Source: a virus (Duplodnaviria; Caudoviricetes). Taken from it: a stretch of DNA of 32,567 nucleotides. The stretch covers positions 1 to 32,567 of IMG/VR virus record IMGVR_UViG_3300022886_000005. The stretch is one strand, 5' to 3'. This document shows, one piece after another, positions 15,153-24,860 of the stretch (positions are counted from its first letter, which is position 1; each line of letters opens with the position of its first letter). The notes beneath the pieces were generated by a model. The model was not told where the DNA came from. It searched no databases and saw only the letters and a list, made by a program, of their open reading frames with translations. Made by a program: the position numbers and the translations under genes.

Positions 15153-15757
15153 CAGCCCACCTTCCAGATGTCGAGCTGGACCCAGTTCCCGGCGTCGGGC
15201 TCCAGCGTCCGGCCCGCGCCGGTGCCGTTGTAGAGGTGCACGACCAGCGCGGTGCCCGAGGCCAGGTAACGCGTGGAGCCGAGGTTGATCGTGCGGGCCA
15301 GGCCCTCTCGGCGAGCACCGTCGGCGGCCAGGCTGGTCGCGTAGCCCGAGCCGTAGCGGATGTTCGCGCTCATCTCGCCGGCCGTGGCCGAGCTGGCCAC
15401 GCGGATCGTGGCGTGCACGTGCCACAGGCCCGAGCTGCCCAGGGTGAACTTGTGCCCCGACCCCTCGGTGGCGCGGGTGACGCCCGAGGGTGCCGGATCC
15501 GCGCCGGCGGTACCGAACGCCACCACGGTGCCCGGCCCCGACACCGTGGCCGGGATGGACTGCACCGTGGTGTTGGCGTGCCAGCGTCCACCGACCACCG
15601 TGCCGATGTCACCGCCTCCGCCGCCCCCTTCGCCGATCAGCGCGGCCAGCTCGGTGACATCGGCGTCGATGTCCTCGGCCAGGTCCTGGAAGTGCTGCGG
15701 GATGTTCGGCTCGTCCAGTGGGGTCGGGTAGCTGTAGCCCCGCGTCGTGGCGGCCAT
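15152..15757 (-). CDS. Tail fiber / receptor-binding-like protein
   Basis: TGATG overlaps. N-terminal GYSYP...QDLAEDID anchor, Gly linker and beta-rich C-terminal head domain. Confidence 0.8.
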   Translation of the reverse strand: MAATTRGYSYPTPLDEPNIPQHFQDLAEDIDADVTELAALIGEGGGGGGDIGTVVGGRWHANTTVQSIPATVSGPGTVVAFGTAGADPAPSGVTRATEGSGHKFTLGSSGLWHVHATIRVASSATAGEMSANIRYGSGYATSLAADGARREGLARTINLGSTRYLASGTALVVHLYNGTGAGRTLEPDAGNWVQLDIWKVG

Positions 15758-16137
15758 CAGGCAGCCACCGGAACCGTGACGATGACCGCGCCGGCCGGGA
15801 AGGTCCGATCCGAGCCCACGGTGATCGGGTCGGCGGTGATGGTGCCCGAACCGCCGAAATCGCCCGTGGTCGGCGCGTCCCAGTGGGACAGGTGCGTCCA
15901 GTCCTCGGTTGCCGCTGCCGTGGTGACCACCAGGTCGTTGCTGTGGGTCAGCGTGACCACGCCGGCCACCGAGTCGTCCGGGGTGCCCCAGGTGACCGCG
16001 ATGCGCGTGGACTCGGCGGCGACGTTCGCCGTGCCGTTCGCCCCCGGGTCGCCGACGTGGAGCTGAATGTTGTCGTACTTCGTGGCCCATGCCGTGAGCC
16101 GTTCCACGGCGGCCAGCTTGGACAATCCGATGGTCAT
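15757..16137 (-). CDS. Minor tail protein
   Basis: AGAAAGG RBS. QLHVGDPGANGT...THLSHWDAPTTG pattern of actinophage tail proteins. Confidence 0.85.
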   Translation of the reverse strand: MTIGLSKLAAVERLTAWATKYDNIQLHVGDPGANGTANVAAESTRIAVTWGTPDDSVAGVVTLTHSNDLVVTTAAATEDWTHLSHWDAPTTGDFGGSGTITADPITVGSDRTFPAGAVIVTVPVAA

Positions 16138-16150
16138 GGGGAGCGCCTTT

Positions 16151-16393
16151 CTACCGGGGAGCGGCCGGGGTAACCGTGCCGATGATGACCGGCTCGGGAG
16201 TGAACAGGATCAGGACCGGACCGACACCGGCGACCGTTGCTCGCACGGCCGGCAGGTCGGTGTAGTTCGTCGCCCCGACGCTCACGGTGTTCCATCCGGT
16301 CACCGGATCCCACGCGGTCATGTAGGCCCCGAGCGCGACCGGGCGCCCGGGGCTCTGCTCGGCGGCGAAGAGGTTGGCCAGGTAGTCGCCCAT
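16151..16393 (-). CDS. Small minor tail protein
   Basis: TGATG overlap with the upstream gene. Short beta-rich protein in the tail-tip cluster. Confidence 0.75.
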   Translation of the reverse strand: MGDYLANLFAAEQSPGRPVALGAYMTAWDPVTGWNTVSVGATNYTDLPAVRATVAGVGPVLILFTPEPVIIGTVTPAAPR

Positions 16394-18336
16394 CACTTCA
16401 CCCTCTGGTAGACGCGGACCCAGGCGATGTCGAAGTTCGCCGCGCGCGGGTTGCCGCCGAAGTGGTCGAGCTGAACGGTCAGATGCATAGGCCCCGGCGC
16501 CTCGGCCACCCGTCCCGTGCCCCGATAGACCTCCCGGCCGTCGATGTAGGCCGCCAGGATCTTGTCTCGGGCATTCCAGTCAACGGCGTAGTTGTGCCAG
16601 TTCTGAATGTCCAGGGTCTCGGAATAGTGGTCCTGGCGGTACGGAGTGTGGTTCGGCAAGTGCATAAAAAGCCCGAACTTGCCGTCACCCTCGTCGCATT
16701 CGAAAAAGTCGTACTCCGCACCGGCGGGCCAGTTGTCCGAGTCGGGCCACAGGATCAACACCGGGTGGTATCGGTCGCCGCCGGAGTTGTCGGTGTTGTA
16801 GACCCGGGCCCGGACCTCGGCCCGGTACCCGCGCCCGTCCTGGCGGTGCTTGAACGCCGTGCCGCCCGAGACGTTGTCGGCGCTGCCGTGGATGGTCATC
16901 ATCCCGTCGTGCACGGTGAACGCGGACGGCCGGCGAAGCCCGTTCCCGCCGTGGCCGGGCCCGTTGTAGAGACCCCAGCGCGACAGGTCCCCGGCCGTGG
17001 TGAACTCGTCGCCGGTGAGGATCGCGCCCCAGCCCTTGACGATCGCGGCCTGCGTGCCGTCGGACGGGTCCCCGCCGCCGGGACCGGGGGGCGGGGTGGT
17101 CGTGCCGCCACCGGGCACCGGGTCGGGCTGCGGCTGCGTGTCGGGCTCGGGGTCCTCCGGGTTGGACGGCACCGAGTTCAGCGTGCGGGTGCGCACCGCC
17201 GATCCATCGTTACCGGTCAGCGGGACCCCCACGTCCTCCACGACGTGCACCGAGACCCCCGAGGGCAACACCACCTCAACCGTGTCGAGCGGGCGCACCG
17301 ACGGGTCGGGCACCAGCCACAGCGAGCGTTCCTCGGGAAGGCCCGTAGAGCGGGCCAGGATCGTCTCTGCGGCCTCGTCGGCGGCATCGGAGTCACCGAG
17401 CAGGGGCGAGGCGTAGTAGCGCACCGCAGGGCCGAACGGGCCGTTGTAGCGGATGGCCGAGGTCGGGTCGGTGTTGTAGGCCAGCCGGTAGCCGGTCACC
17501 TTCGCCGGATCCGAGCCGGTGGCCCGCACAACGTTGAACACACCGTCGCGCGACTCCGAGCGCGACGCCCGGACCAGGGTCCCGGTCGGCCCGTCCATCA
17601 GGGTGAAGTCGGCGACCGAGCCCACCGGCCGATCCCGGGCCAGCACGGCCAGCTCTCCGGTGGACTTGGCAACGATCACCGCGCCGCGCTCGCCGACCAT
17701 CTTGGACAGGAACTTGCCGGCGTCGTCCTCGACCACCACGGCCTTGGTCGTCACCGTGGTGTCCGGGTCGTAGCCCGCTCCGGTCCAGTCCACCGGCACG
17801 GTGGGGCCAGCCGGGCCGTACATCCCGTAGCCGCCCACGCCGTCGCTCGGCGACCCGTCCAGCAGTCGCCGGAAGATCGCTCGGTGCGACGTGCCGGCCG
17901 GGATCTGCCAGGGCAGCGCGACGCGCACCTGCGCCAGCTGCGCGGTGCGGTCCTGGCAGTCCAGCACCACCGGGCCGTAGGGCATGTCGTCCTGGGTGCG
18001 CCGGTTGATCCGGAAGTACCCGAGCGGGACCAGCTCGGTGGTGCCGTCGCCGAAGTTGACCCCGCGCGCGGCGTGCACCTCGGCGCCGTAGGGCTGCACG
18101 ACGTCCCACCACTCCCCGGGGACCGTGATGCCCAGCGAGCCGGTGATGTCGGCCGTGCTGTTCAGCGAGACATCGGCCGAACTGCCGTCGTGCAGCGGCA
18201 GGTCCCACCAGCTGCCCTCCGGGGCGACCGCGCGCGGGTCCGGCCCGAACACGATCTTGTTGAGCAGGGTCAGCTGGGTCACGGCCTGGTGCGAACCCGA
18301 GATGGTCTCGCGGAACCGGATGCTGGTCGGGTACAT
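16393..18336 (-). CDS. Tail tip/hub minor tail protein fused to a C-terminal GH16 glycoside hydrolase
   Basis: ELVPLGYFRI...DCQDR hub-type N-terminus, then a Pro/Asp/Gly linker, then DEF...WP..EYDFFE...WHNYAVDW...IAWVRVYQ with the GH16 E-x-D-x-x-E motif. Confidence 0.88.
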   Translation of the reverse strand: MYPTSIRFRETISGSHQAVTQLTLLNKIVFGPDPRAVAPEGSWWDLPLHDGSSADVSLNSTADITGSLGITVPGEWWDVVQPYGAEVHAARGVNFGDGTTELVPLGYFRINRRTQDDMPYGPVVLDCQDRTAQLAQVRVALPWQIPAGTSHRAIFRRLLDGSPSDGVGGYGMYGPAGPTVPVDWTGAGYDPDTTVTTKAVVVEDDAGKFLSKMVGERGAVIVAKSTGELAVLARDRPVGSVADFTLMDGPTGTLVRASRSESRDGVFNVVRATGSDPAKVTGYRLAYNTDPTSAIRYNGPFGPAVRYYASPLLGDSDAADEAAETILARSTGLPEERSLWLVPDPSVRPLDTVEVVLPSGVSVHVVEDVGVPLTGNDGSAVRTRTLNSVPSNPEDPEPDTQPQPDPVPGGGTTTPPPGPGGGDPSDGTQAAIVKGWGAILTGDEFTTAGDLSRWGLYNGPGHGGNGLRRPSAFTVHDGMMTIHGSADNVSGGTAFKHRQDGRGYRAEVRARVYNTDNSGGDRYHPVLILWPDSDNWPAGAEYDFFECDEGDGKFGLFMHLPNHTPYRQDHYSETLDIQNWHNYAVDWNARDKILAAYIDGREVYRGTGRVAEAPGPMHLTVQLDHFGGNPRAANFDIAWVRVYQRVK

Positions 18337-19802
18337 CAGGCGATGACCTCCAGATACGACGCGTACGCGTCGGCCAGTTCCTCGTAGGTCAGGAAGTCCT
18401 CCAGCAAGGTCGAGTAGGTCAGCCCGGGGCCGACAATCGACAGCGGCGGCGGGGACACCTCGGTGAGCGGGATGCTGAAGATGCTGCGCGGGCTGGTCAC
18501 GCCGCCCGAGCGCTCAAAGGTGTAGTCCCCGACCGAGGCGTACATGCTGCGCAGCTGCACGTTCGACGGGGTCTGGAAGTAGATCGGGAGCCCGATCGAC
18601 AAGGACCGGTCCAGCTCCTCGGCCTCGTCCTCGGACCAGGCCATCAGCTGCACGGTGACCGAGCGGGAGGCGTGCACGTCGGTGACGACGATCGGGTCCG
18701 GCCGGTTGCGGATGCCGAACACGGCCTGGCGCGACCGCCGGCTGACCGGCCCCCACCCGATCAGGCTGACCTTGGCGTTGCGGTGCGGGGCCACGATGAA
18801 CTTGATCCAGACCTGGTCGAGCGTGTCCGAGATGGACGCCACGATGGTCTGCGAGACGTTGGCCGGGGTGATGTTCTCCGCCGTGGTGAACGCCTGGATC
18901 CGGTACTGCATCCCCTCGCCGGCCACGAACTCGTAGTCATCGACGGTGCGCTCGAAGCGCCCATCGACCACGGCGACCTTGCCGCCGCGTACCGGGTTCC
19001 ACCGCACCGTGCCGACCGCGCGGGAGGACACCTCGACCCGCACGACGTCAGCCGAGAGCCCCACTGCCGTGACCCGCACGCGGCCCCGGCGCGGGTCCCA
19101 GCTGACCGTCGGGATCAGTCCGGTACGGGTGGTCTGCGCGCCCCAGATGGTCGCGCCGACCCCGAAGTCGCGCGTGCGGGTCACGGCAGTGGTCTGGGCG
19201 CCCCAGGTGGTGCGCCCGGCCAACGGGTCGTCGGCGATCAGAGTCGAGGTGGACAGCCCCGTGGTGCCGCTCCACGATGCGCCGGCCGTGTCGCCGTCGA
19301 AGTAGTTGCCGGGCAGCAGGTCGACGACCAGGCCGGCTTCGGCCTCGGGCAACGTGTCGAACTGGCGGACCATCACCGCCGTGATCTGCGAGTCGCCGAG
19401 CCAGTCCGCCGCCACCGGGATCATGCGCTCGCCGGTGGCCGGGGCCAGGCCGATCATCCCGAAGCGCCGGGTGCTGGAGCTGGTCATGTTGACCACACCG
19501 TCCGAGCCACCGGACGCACTGGTAGTGCTCAGGTAGGCGTCGCCGGAGGTCTTCCAGTCCATGTGCAGTGCGCCGGTGACCGTGGCGATGGCGCGCACCG
19601 AGAAGGTCAGCACGTAGTACTTGCCCGGCACCGTGGTCGAGCGGCCCAGCGCCGGTTCCACCCCGGTGGTATTGCCGGCCCACGCGGTCGTGCGCGGCAG
19701 CGAGGCGTGCGCACTGGCCGTACGGGCCCAGCCGGTGCCGAAGTAGTTCGTGTCGTTGACCGACAGAGCCGGGTTGCGGTGCAGGTTGACCTTCGTGGCC
19801 AT
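18336..19802 (-). CDS. Distal tail (Dit-like) protein with N-terminal carbohydrate-binding-like module
   Basis: First gene after the tape measure gene. NLHRNP...YFDGD...WSGT N-terminal module. C-terminal DDYE...RSVTVQL. Confidence 0.8.
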   Translation of the reverse strand: MATKVNLHRNPALSVNDTNYFGTGWARTASAHASLPRTTAWAGNTTGVEPALGRSTTVPGKYYVLTFSVRAIATVTGALHMDWKTSGDAYLSTTSASGGSDGVVNMTSSSTRRFGMIGLAPATGERMIPVAADWLGDSQITAVMVRQFDTLPEAEAGLVVDLLPGNYFDGDTAGASWSGTTGLSTSTLIADDPLAGRTTWGAQTTAVTRTRDFGVGATIWGAQTTRTGLIPTVSWDPRRGRVRVTAVGLSADVVRVEVSSRAVGTVRWNPVRGGKVAVVDGRFERTVDDYEFVAGEGMQYRIQAFTTAENITPANVSQTIVASISDTLDQVWIKFIVAPHRNAKVSLIGWGPVSRRSRQAVFGIRNRPDPIVVTDVHASRSVTVQLMAWSEDEAEELDRSLSIGLPIYFQTPSNVQLRSMYASVGDYTFERSGGVTSPRSIFSIPLTEVSPPPLSIVGPGLTYSTLLEDFLTYEELADAYASYLEVIA

Positions 19803-22800
19803 CAGAAACTCGCCCCCGGACCCTGCCGCACGCGCCGCGCCGTCTTGCGCTGATCGGCATCGATCTCGGTACGCACCATGCCCCGGAACTCCTGGCCGTC
19901 AACGTAGAAGTGGTTCACCACGACCGGCGCCGGCACGGTCACCGTGGTGCCCGCCGCCGAACCGCCGGTGACCGTGGTCCGGATCGGGCTGGACAGCGCA
20001 CTGGCCAGGCCGCTGTCCACGACGCCACCGCCGGCGAAGCCGGGCCAGTGCCCGGCGATCGTGGGCCGGCGCCCGCCCGAGGCCATCCGGTTCGCGCGCA
20101 GGATCTCGGCGGGCCCGATCTGCTTGACCAGCTCGGGCACCAGGACCGCTTCACCGGGGCTCAGCCACAGCGGCCCCACGGTGTCGCGCCCCGGGCTGTA
20201 ACCGGACAGGACCAGGCCCGAGCTGGCATACATCGGCGTACCGCCGAGCTTCGGATGCCCGATCAGGCCACCGCCGGCCAGGCCCGTCTTGCCCTTGCCG
20301 AGGACATCGCCGGTCGTTGTGACCCGGACCGTCATCGTGATGACGCGTCCGTTCTGGGAGTTGTAGAAGGCGTCGGCCGTGCTCTTACCGGGCCCGGTGT
20401 TCGCGGCCACGATCATGGTCCCGGTGGTCCGGTCGGTCTGGAGCTTGAACCCGTTCAGGTTCGCAATACCGGGCTTCGGGTTGCCGTCGATCGTCATCAC
20501 ACCCGTGGTGGCGTCGACCTTGTACTTGACTCCGTTCAGCTCCACTTCCGCCGGCTGGCCGTTGCCGTCGATGGTCATCGTGCCGACCGAGCCGTCGGCC
20601 AGCGTCACCGTGGCCCTGATCCGGCCCTCGGCGTCGGCCGGGTTGGCGTCCAGCACGAAGGTACCGGTGGAGCCGTTCACCTGGGCCAGGGCCGCGTCCA
20701 ACTGCCCCAGCGCATCCTTGGTGTTCGCCGTGACGACGAACGTCCCGTTGGGCAGCTTCTCGATCTTGAATCCCAGGGTCTCCAGCCGGGTCCGCGCCTC
20801 GTCGGTCAGCGCGTTGACCGTGACCGACTTCGTGCCCGGGATGCGGGCGAACTGCTCGCTGATCTGGTTGAGCGACTGGCCCACCGCATCGGCGTTCGTG
20901 ATGAAATCCGTACGCACCGCGTCCGGGATCAGGCCCATCGAGTCGGCCAGCTGCGCGGCCCGTTCCGCGCTGACCCCGGCCGCCGTGGCCGAGGCGATGA
21001 ACGCATCGCGGGACTCCTGGATCTTGCGGGCCGCCGTGTCCGCGCCGGCCGCCACGCCGCCGTACGCGACGTCGGCCTGCCCGGCCGCCGTGGCCGAGGT
21101 CAGCGCCGCCTTGGCCAGGTCCTGGAAGCCGGTCACCAACGGTGCGGTCGGGTTGCCGGTGCCCTTCAGTCCAGCAAGGCCGCCCTGGATCGACTCCAGG
21201 ATGGTGGCGAAGTCGGCACCGGCCTTGCCTGCTGCGGCGGTCTGCTCCTGGGCGTCCTTGAGCGCCCCTGAGTAGTCGCCCAGGGTCGAGCCCAGCTCGC
21301 CGAGCGGACCGACCTGTTCGCGGAACTGGTCGGTCAGGTCCTTGGCTCGGCTCTGGGCGGCCGTCATGTTCTTCGAGGTGTCGAGCAGCTTGGCTGCGAT
21401 CTCGTCCTGCGCCTGGACGTTGCCCAGCGCTGCCGCGCTCACCAGGTCCAGGGAAATCCCGTGCTTCTCCAGGGACTTCGAGGACGCCTCCCACGCCTGG
21501 CTGCCCTGGATCGTGTTCTTCGCCTGCTCCAGCAGCTGGCCGTTCACCCGCTGGAGCGCGTCACCGTTGCCCGAGGCCGCCGCGCTGTAGTCGTTGAACG
21601 AGATGCCCGCCGCACGCAGGGCATCGGTGACCTTCGTGGTGCCGTCGGCCAGGGTGGCGCCGGCCAGCTCCTGGGCGATCTGGAGCCGGGTCGCCTCGGT
21701 GACCGACCCGTTGTACTGGTCCAGCGTGCCCTTCAGGGACTGGATCCGGCTCTCGTGCTTGGCTGCCGCCTCGGCCGCCGCTTCCTCGGAGTTGCGCAGG
21801 TTGTTCAGGGCGAAGATCGCCGCTCCGATGGCCAGCACCAGCACGACCGGTCCGAGGGCGACCCCCAGCAGCCGGAACGCCGCCGCGCCGGCCGTCACCC
21901 AGCCGACCACCGTGTTGATCACGCGCAGGGCGCCGAAGCCGAGCACGATGCCGGCCAGGGCCGGAACGAGGAACTCGAACGTGGGCGACAGCGCCGACAG
22001 GGCCGTGGCGAAGCCCTGGATCAGCGGGCCCACGGTGCGGATCGCGTCCACCAGCACGGCGCCGAGCACCCGAGCGAAGTCCTGAACCGCCGGGGCGACG
22101 GCAGTGATGATCGGCGCCAGCTCCTTGAGCGCGGCCAGCAGGACTTCCTTCGTCACCTGGGCGGTCACCTTCAGGGTCTCGCCGAGGGCCTGAAGGGCGT
22201 CCTGCCCCTCGGCGCTGTTGAAGAAGTCCTCCAGCGCCTGGGTGGTCTCGATCAATCCGTCGGTGAAGCTGCGGCCATCGACCGACAGGCCCTTGAACAC
22301 CGTCGACAGAATCCCGCCGATGTTGCTACCGACCTCTCCGTACTTGGCCAGCTCCTCCTTGCCCTCCCGGATGATCGCGGTGATGCGCCCGGTCTCCTGC
22401 GCGCGCTGCGCCCACGCGGCGAACCGGGCCGTCACGTCGGTGATGGCCGCACCCATGCCCCGGAACTCCACGGCGCCTTGCTGGCCGATGGCCAGGATGC
22501 CGGTCAGCACGTTGGCCAGGGCCGGCTTCAGATCGTTCAGGACCCCGCGCTGCGCGGTCAGCACCGCGTTCACGTCGGCCACGGCACGGGGCTGGAGCAG
22601 GGCGACCGCCGCCGCCAGAGCCATCCGGTTGTACTCGGAGGCGATGCCGCCCAGTTGGGTCTTCATCACCGGCAGGTAGGTCGCCCCGAGCTGCTTCGTG
22701 ACGCCGGCCAGGTGGTCGAAGAACTGGCCCTGGACGGTCTTCTTGATGTCCTCCAGCGCCGGCTTCATCGCCCGGAACGCCTTGGCGGTCTCGATGGCCG

Positions 22801-23224
22801 GCTTGGCCATGCCGGCCGTGGCCTCGGCGAACTCCTTCGGGTCGGCCGCCTTGACGGCATCGCCGAAGCCGGAAGTAGCGATTTTGAGCGTTGCCACCGC
22901 GCCGGCCGCACCCAGCAGCACGCCGGGCAGCACCAGAGCGGCACCGGCCGTGGTGGTCAGGCTGGCCGTGAGGCCGGCGATGACGGGCAGCGTCCCGCCG
23001 ATCGACCCCATGGCGCCGACGAACTTGATGGCCGAGCCCGCCGCACCGTTCAGCCGGCGGGATGCGGCATCGACGTCGGTACCGAACAGCCGGACCGACC
23101 GTGCGGCCCGGCTGTTGTTCTCGTTCAGGCCCTCCAGCTGACGGCGCAGGCGGGCGATGGCCGCCTGCGCGTCGATGCTGTTGCCACGGAACAGCAGCTC
23201 GATGATCGAAGTGGTCCGGGCCAT
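19802..23224 (-). CDS. Tape measure protein
   Basis: 1140 aa, Ala/Gly-rich helical repeats with a hydrophobic segment, located after the tail chaperones. Confidence 0.93.
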   Translation of the reverse strand: MARTTSIIELLFRGNSIDAQAAIARLRRQLEGLNENNSRAARSVRLFGTDVDAASRRLNGAAGSAIKFVGAMGSIGGTLPVIAGLTASLTTTAGAALVLPGVLLGAAGAVATLKIATSGFGDAVKAADPKEFAEATAGMAKPAIETAKAFRAMKPALEDIKKTVQGQFFDHLAGVTKQLGATYLPVMKTQLGGIASEYNRMALAAAVALLQPRAVADVNAVLTAQRGVLNDLKPALANVLTGILAIGQQGAVEFRGMGAAITDVTARFAAWAQRAQETGRITAIIREGKEELAKYGEVGSNIGGILSTVFKGLSVDGRSFTDGLIETTQALEDFFNSAEGQDALQALGETLKVTAQVTKEVLLAALKELAPIITAVAPAVQDFARVLGAVLVDAIRTVGPLIQGFATALSALSPTFEFLVPALAGIVLGFGALRVINTVVGWVTAGAAAFRLLGVALGPVVLVLAIGAAIFALNNLRNSEEAAAEAAAKHESRIQSLKGTLDQYNGSVTEATRLQIAQELAGATLADGTTKVTDALRAAGISFNDYSAAASGNGDALQRVNGQLLEQAKNTIQGSQAWEASSKSLEKHGISLDLVSAAALGNVQAQDEIAAKLLDTSKNMTAAQSRAKDLTDQFREQVGPLGELGSTLGDYSGALKDAQEQTAAAGKAGADFATILESIQGGLAGLKGTGNPTAPLVTGFQDLAKAALTSATAAGQADVAYGGVAAGADTAARKIQESRDAFIASATAAGVSAERAAQLADSMGLIPDAVRTDFITNADAVGQSLNQISEQFARIPGTKSVTVNALTDEARTRLETLGFKIEKLPNGTFVVTANTKDALGQLDAALAQVNGSTGTFVLDANPADAEGRIRATVTLADGSVGTMTIDGNGQPAEVELNGVKYKVDATTGVMTIDGNPKPGIANLNGFKLQTDRTTGTMIVAANTGPGKSTADAFYNSQNGRVITMTVRVTTTGDVLGKGKTGLAGGGLIGHPKLGGTPMYASSGLVLSGYSPGRDTVGPLWLSPGEAVLVPELVKQIGPAEILRANRMASGGRRPTIAGHWPGFAGGGVVDSGLASALSSPIRTTVTGGSAAGTTVTVPAPVVVNHFYVDGQEFRGMVRTEIDADQRKTARRVRQGPGASF

Positions 23225-23667
23225 CAGGCACTCCAGGCCCGGGTGATGGCATCAAGCGCCTGCGCCCATGCCTCGTCGATCTCGGGCTGGTGGCGCTCGA
23301 TGGTGCGGAAGAACCAGTACGACGCAGCACCCCGGTGCGGGCGGAACTGCCGGGCGACCGAGCGCCGGTAGCGCCGGTTCGCATACCAACCGAACCGGCC
23401 CAGGGCGCCGAACTCCGAGCCGAACAGCAGCGGGTGCGGGCCCGCCGTGACCATCTGGCCCCCGGCCCCGGGGCGCACCGTGGTGGCGGCGCGCGCGGAC
23501 TGGCGGTCGCTGGCCTGCCCGGCCGCGCGGACCAGCTGCGCCAGGCGCTGACTCAGCTCCTCGCGCTTGTCGTCGATCTCCCGCTGCGCCTCGTCGGGAA
23601 GATCGCGCGCCGCACGGATGACCTCGTCCAGGCCCTCGAAGCGCCAGCTGATCTCGGTGCGGGGCAC
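23224..23667 (-). CDS. HK97 gp10-like neck/tail completion protein
   Basis: FEGLDEVIRA...GSEFG...YWFFRT pattern. TGATG coupling to the tape measure gene. Confidence 0.7.
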   Translation of the reverse strand: MPRTEISWRFEGLDEVIRAARDLPDEAQREIDDKREELSQRLAQLVRAAGQASDRQSARAATTVRPGAGGQMVTAGPHPLLFGSEFGALGRFGWYANRRYRRSVARQFRPHRGAASYWFFRTIERHQPEIDEAWAQALDAITRAWSA

Positions 23668-23672
23668 TGGCT

Positions 23673-24097
23673 CTATCCCTTCATCTGCGGACCGTCGGGC
23701 CCCGGGTCGGGCTCCTCGTCACGGAGCACCTGGAGCGCGGTGAAGATCGCCTGCTCGCCCTCGGCCGCCCAGACCGACGGCGGGATGCCGGTCCGGATGG
23801 CCAAGGACACGAGCAGTCGCCCTAGAGACCCGACAGGGAAGGGTCCGGCGACTCCTCGCCGGTCATCACGATCAGGAACCCGTCTTCGAACTCCTGCGGG
23901 GAACAGGTGATGACGCCGGTCCGCTTGCCGGCCAGGTAGGCGAGGATGTAGGCGTCCGCCAGGCTCGGTTCGGCCAGGAGCTTGCTGATCGACCGGCCCT
24001 TACCGGCCTTCTCCCAGCGCAGGACATCTCGGGAGTCGGCCACCACGTGGATGTCCTCGCCGTCGCCCTCCGCCGGGCGAAGCACGTAGTTGAACAT
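23673..24097 (-). CDS. Tail assembly chaperone, long form via predicted -1 frameshift
   Basis: The -1 frame from GAC CCT TCC (23845-23837) reads PFPVGSLGRLLVSLAIRTGIPPSVW...QMKG* with its stop at 23673 and no start of its own. Confidence 0.65.
23822..24097 (-). CDS. Tail assembly chaperone, short form
   Basis: Position between the tail tube genes and the tape measure gene. DVLRWEK motif. TGATG overlap. Confidence 0.8.
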   Translation of the reverse strand: MFNYVLRPAEGDGEDIHVVADSRDVLRWEKAGKGRSISKLLAEPSLADAYILAYLAGKRTGVITCSPQEFEDGFLIVMTGEESPDPSLSGL

Positions 24098-24447
24098 CAG
24101 ACCGTCAGCACCGCCCGGGTCACCGAGGTGACGCCCGAGTAGTCGACCAGCACCTTGTTCGGCCCCACGGTGGCGTCGTCGGCCTGAGCAAACAGGCTGG
24201 ACGGGAACGGCCCGAAGACCCGGGTGGCCCCGGCCGCCACCGCCCCGCCGGCGTCGGCGACGTCCAGGCCACCCTTCTGCGCGGTCGTCTGGATCGTCAC
24301 GGTGATCGGGGAGCCACCACCGTTGGTCACCAGGAGAGCCACGTTCGAGCCCACCGGGAGAATGTCGCCGTCCGCCGGGGCAGCGCCCATGGTGACGACC
24401 GTGCCGGCGTAGGCCGGCGTGACCGGGGTCGGAGTCGAGCGCGCCAT
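24097..24447 (-). CDS. Virion structural protein (tail-associated, beta-rich)
   Basis: TGATG overlaps on both sides. LLVTNGGGSPITVTI...FGPF motif. Confidence 0.8.
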   Translation of the reverse strand: MARSTPTPVTPAYAGTVVTMGAAPADGDILPVGSNVALLVTNGGGSPITVTIQTTAQKGGLDVADAGGAVAAGATRVFGPFPSSLFAQADDATVGPNKVLVDYSGVTSVTRAVLTV

Positions 24448-24860
24448 CAGGCGACCCGCTCGTACTCGGGCTTGCCGACGCACTGGAGCGTGACCGAGGT
24501 GACCTCGGTGCTCCGCACGTCGCCGCCGACGGCCGGGGCCTTGATCTTGACCTCGCCCGACCAGCGCACGTGCTCGCCGCTGACGTCGGGGTGGTGGTCG
24601 AGCTGGAAGGACACCTGGGTCTCGTCGTTGTCCTGGAGGTAGTCCGAGATCCCGCCCGAGCGCCAGTCGCTGTAGAAGGTCATGGTCAGCGACCAGTCCG
24701 GATCGGCCTCCTCCCGGAACTCCTCGCCCTCGGCGAAGACGTAGAACAGATCGCCGTCCGGGGTGTTGTTGTTCAGGGTCCAGTTCGAGCACTGGGCCTG
24801 GAACTCGGTCCCACCCAGGTCGAACGTGATGACCTTGAGCTTCCTGCTGTGCGCGGTCAA
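24447..24860 (-). CDS. Major tail (tube) protein
   Basis: FQAQCSNWTL...WSLTMTF...WSGEV...VGG...SVTLQCVGKP pattern and synteny. Confidence 0.8.
   Translation of the reverse strand: MTAHSRKLKVITFDLGGTEFQAQCSNWTLNNNTPDGDLFYVFAEGEEFREEADPDWSLTMTFYSDWRSGGISDYLQDNDETQVSFQLDHHPDVSGEHVRWSGEVKIKAPAVGGDVRSTEVTSVTLQCVGKPEYERVA

Noticed and set aside
20380-20740. ~29-aa beta-type repeats (GTMTIDGN-like) near the tape measure C-terminus
   Set aside because: Repeats are an ordinary feature of tape measure proteins and no catalytic motif was recognised.
16237-23371. Long + strand ORFs (for example 16237-18387, 19910-21271, 21461-23371)
   Set aside because: They are antisense shadows of tail and tape measure genes, expected in high-GC DNA where stop codons are rare.
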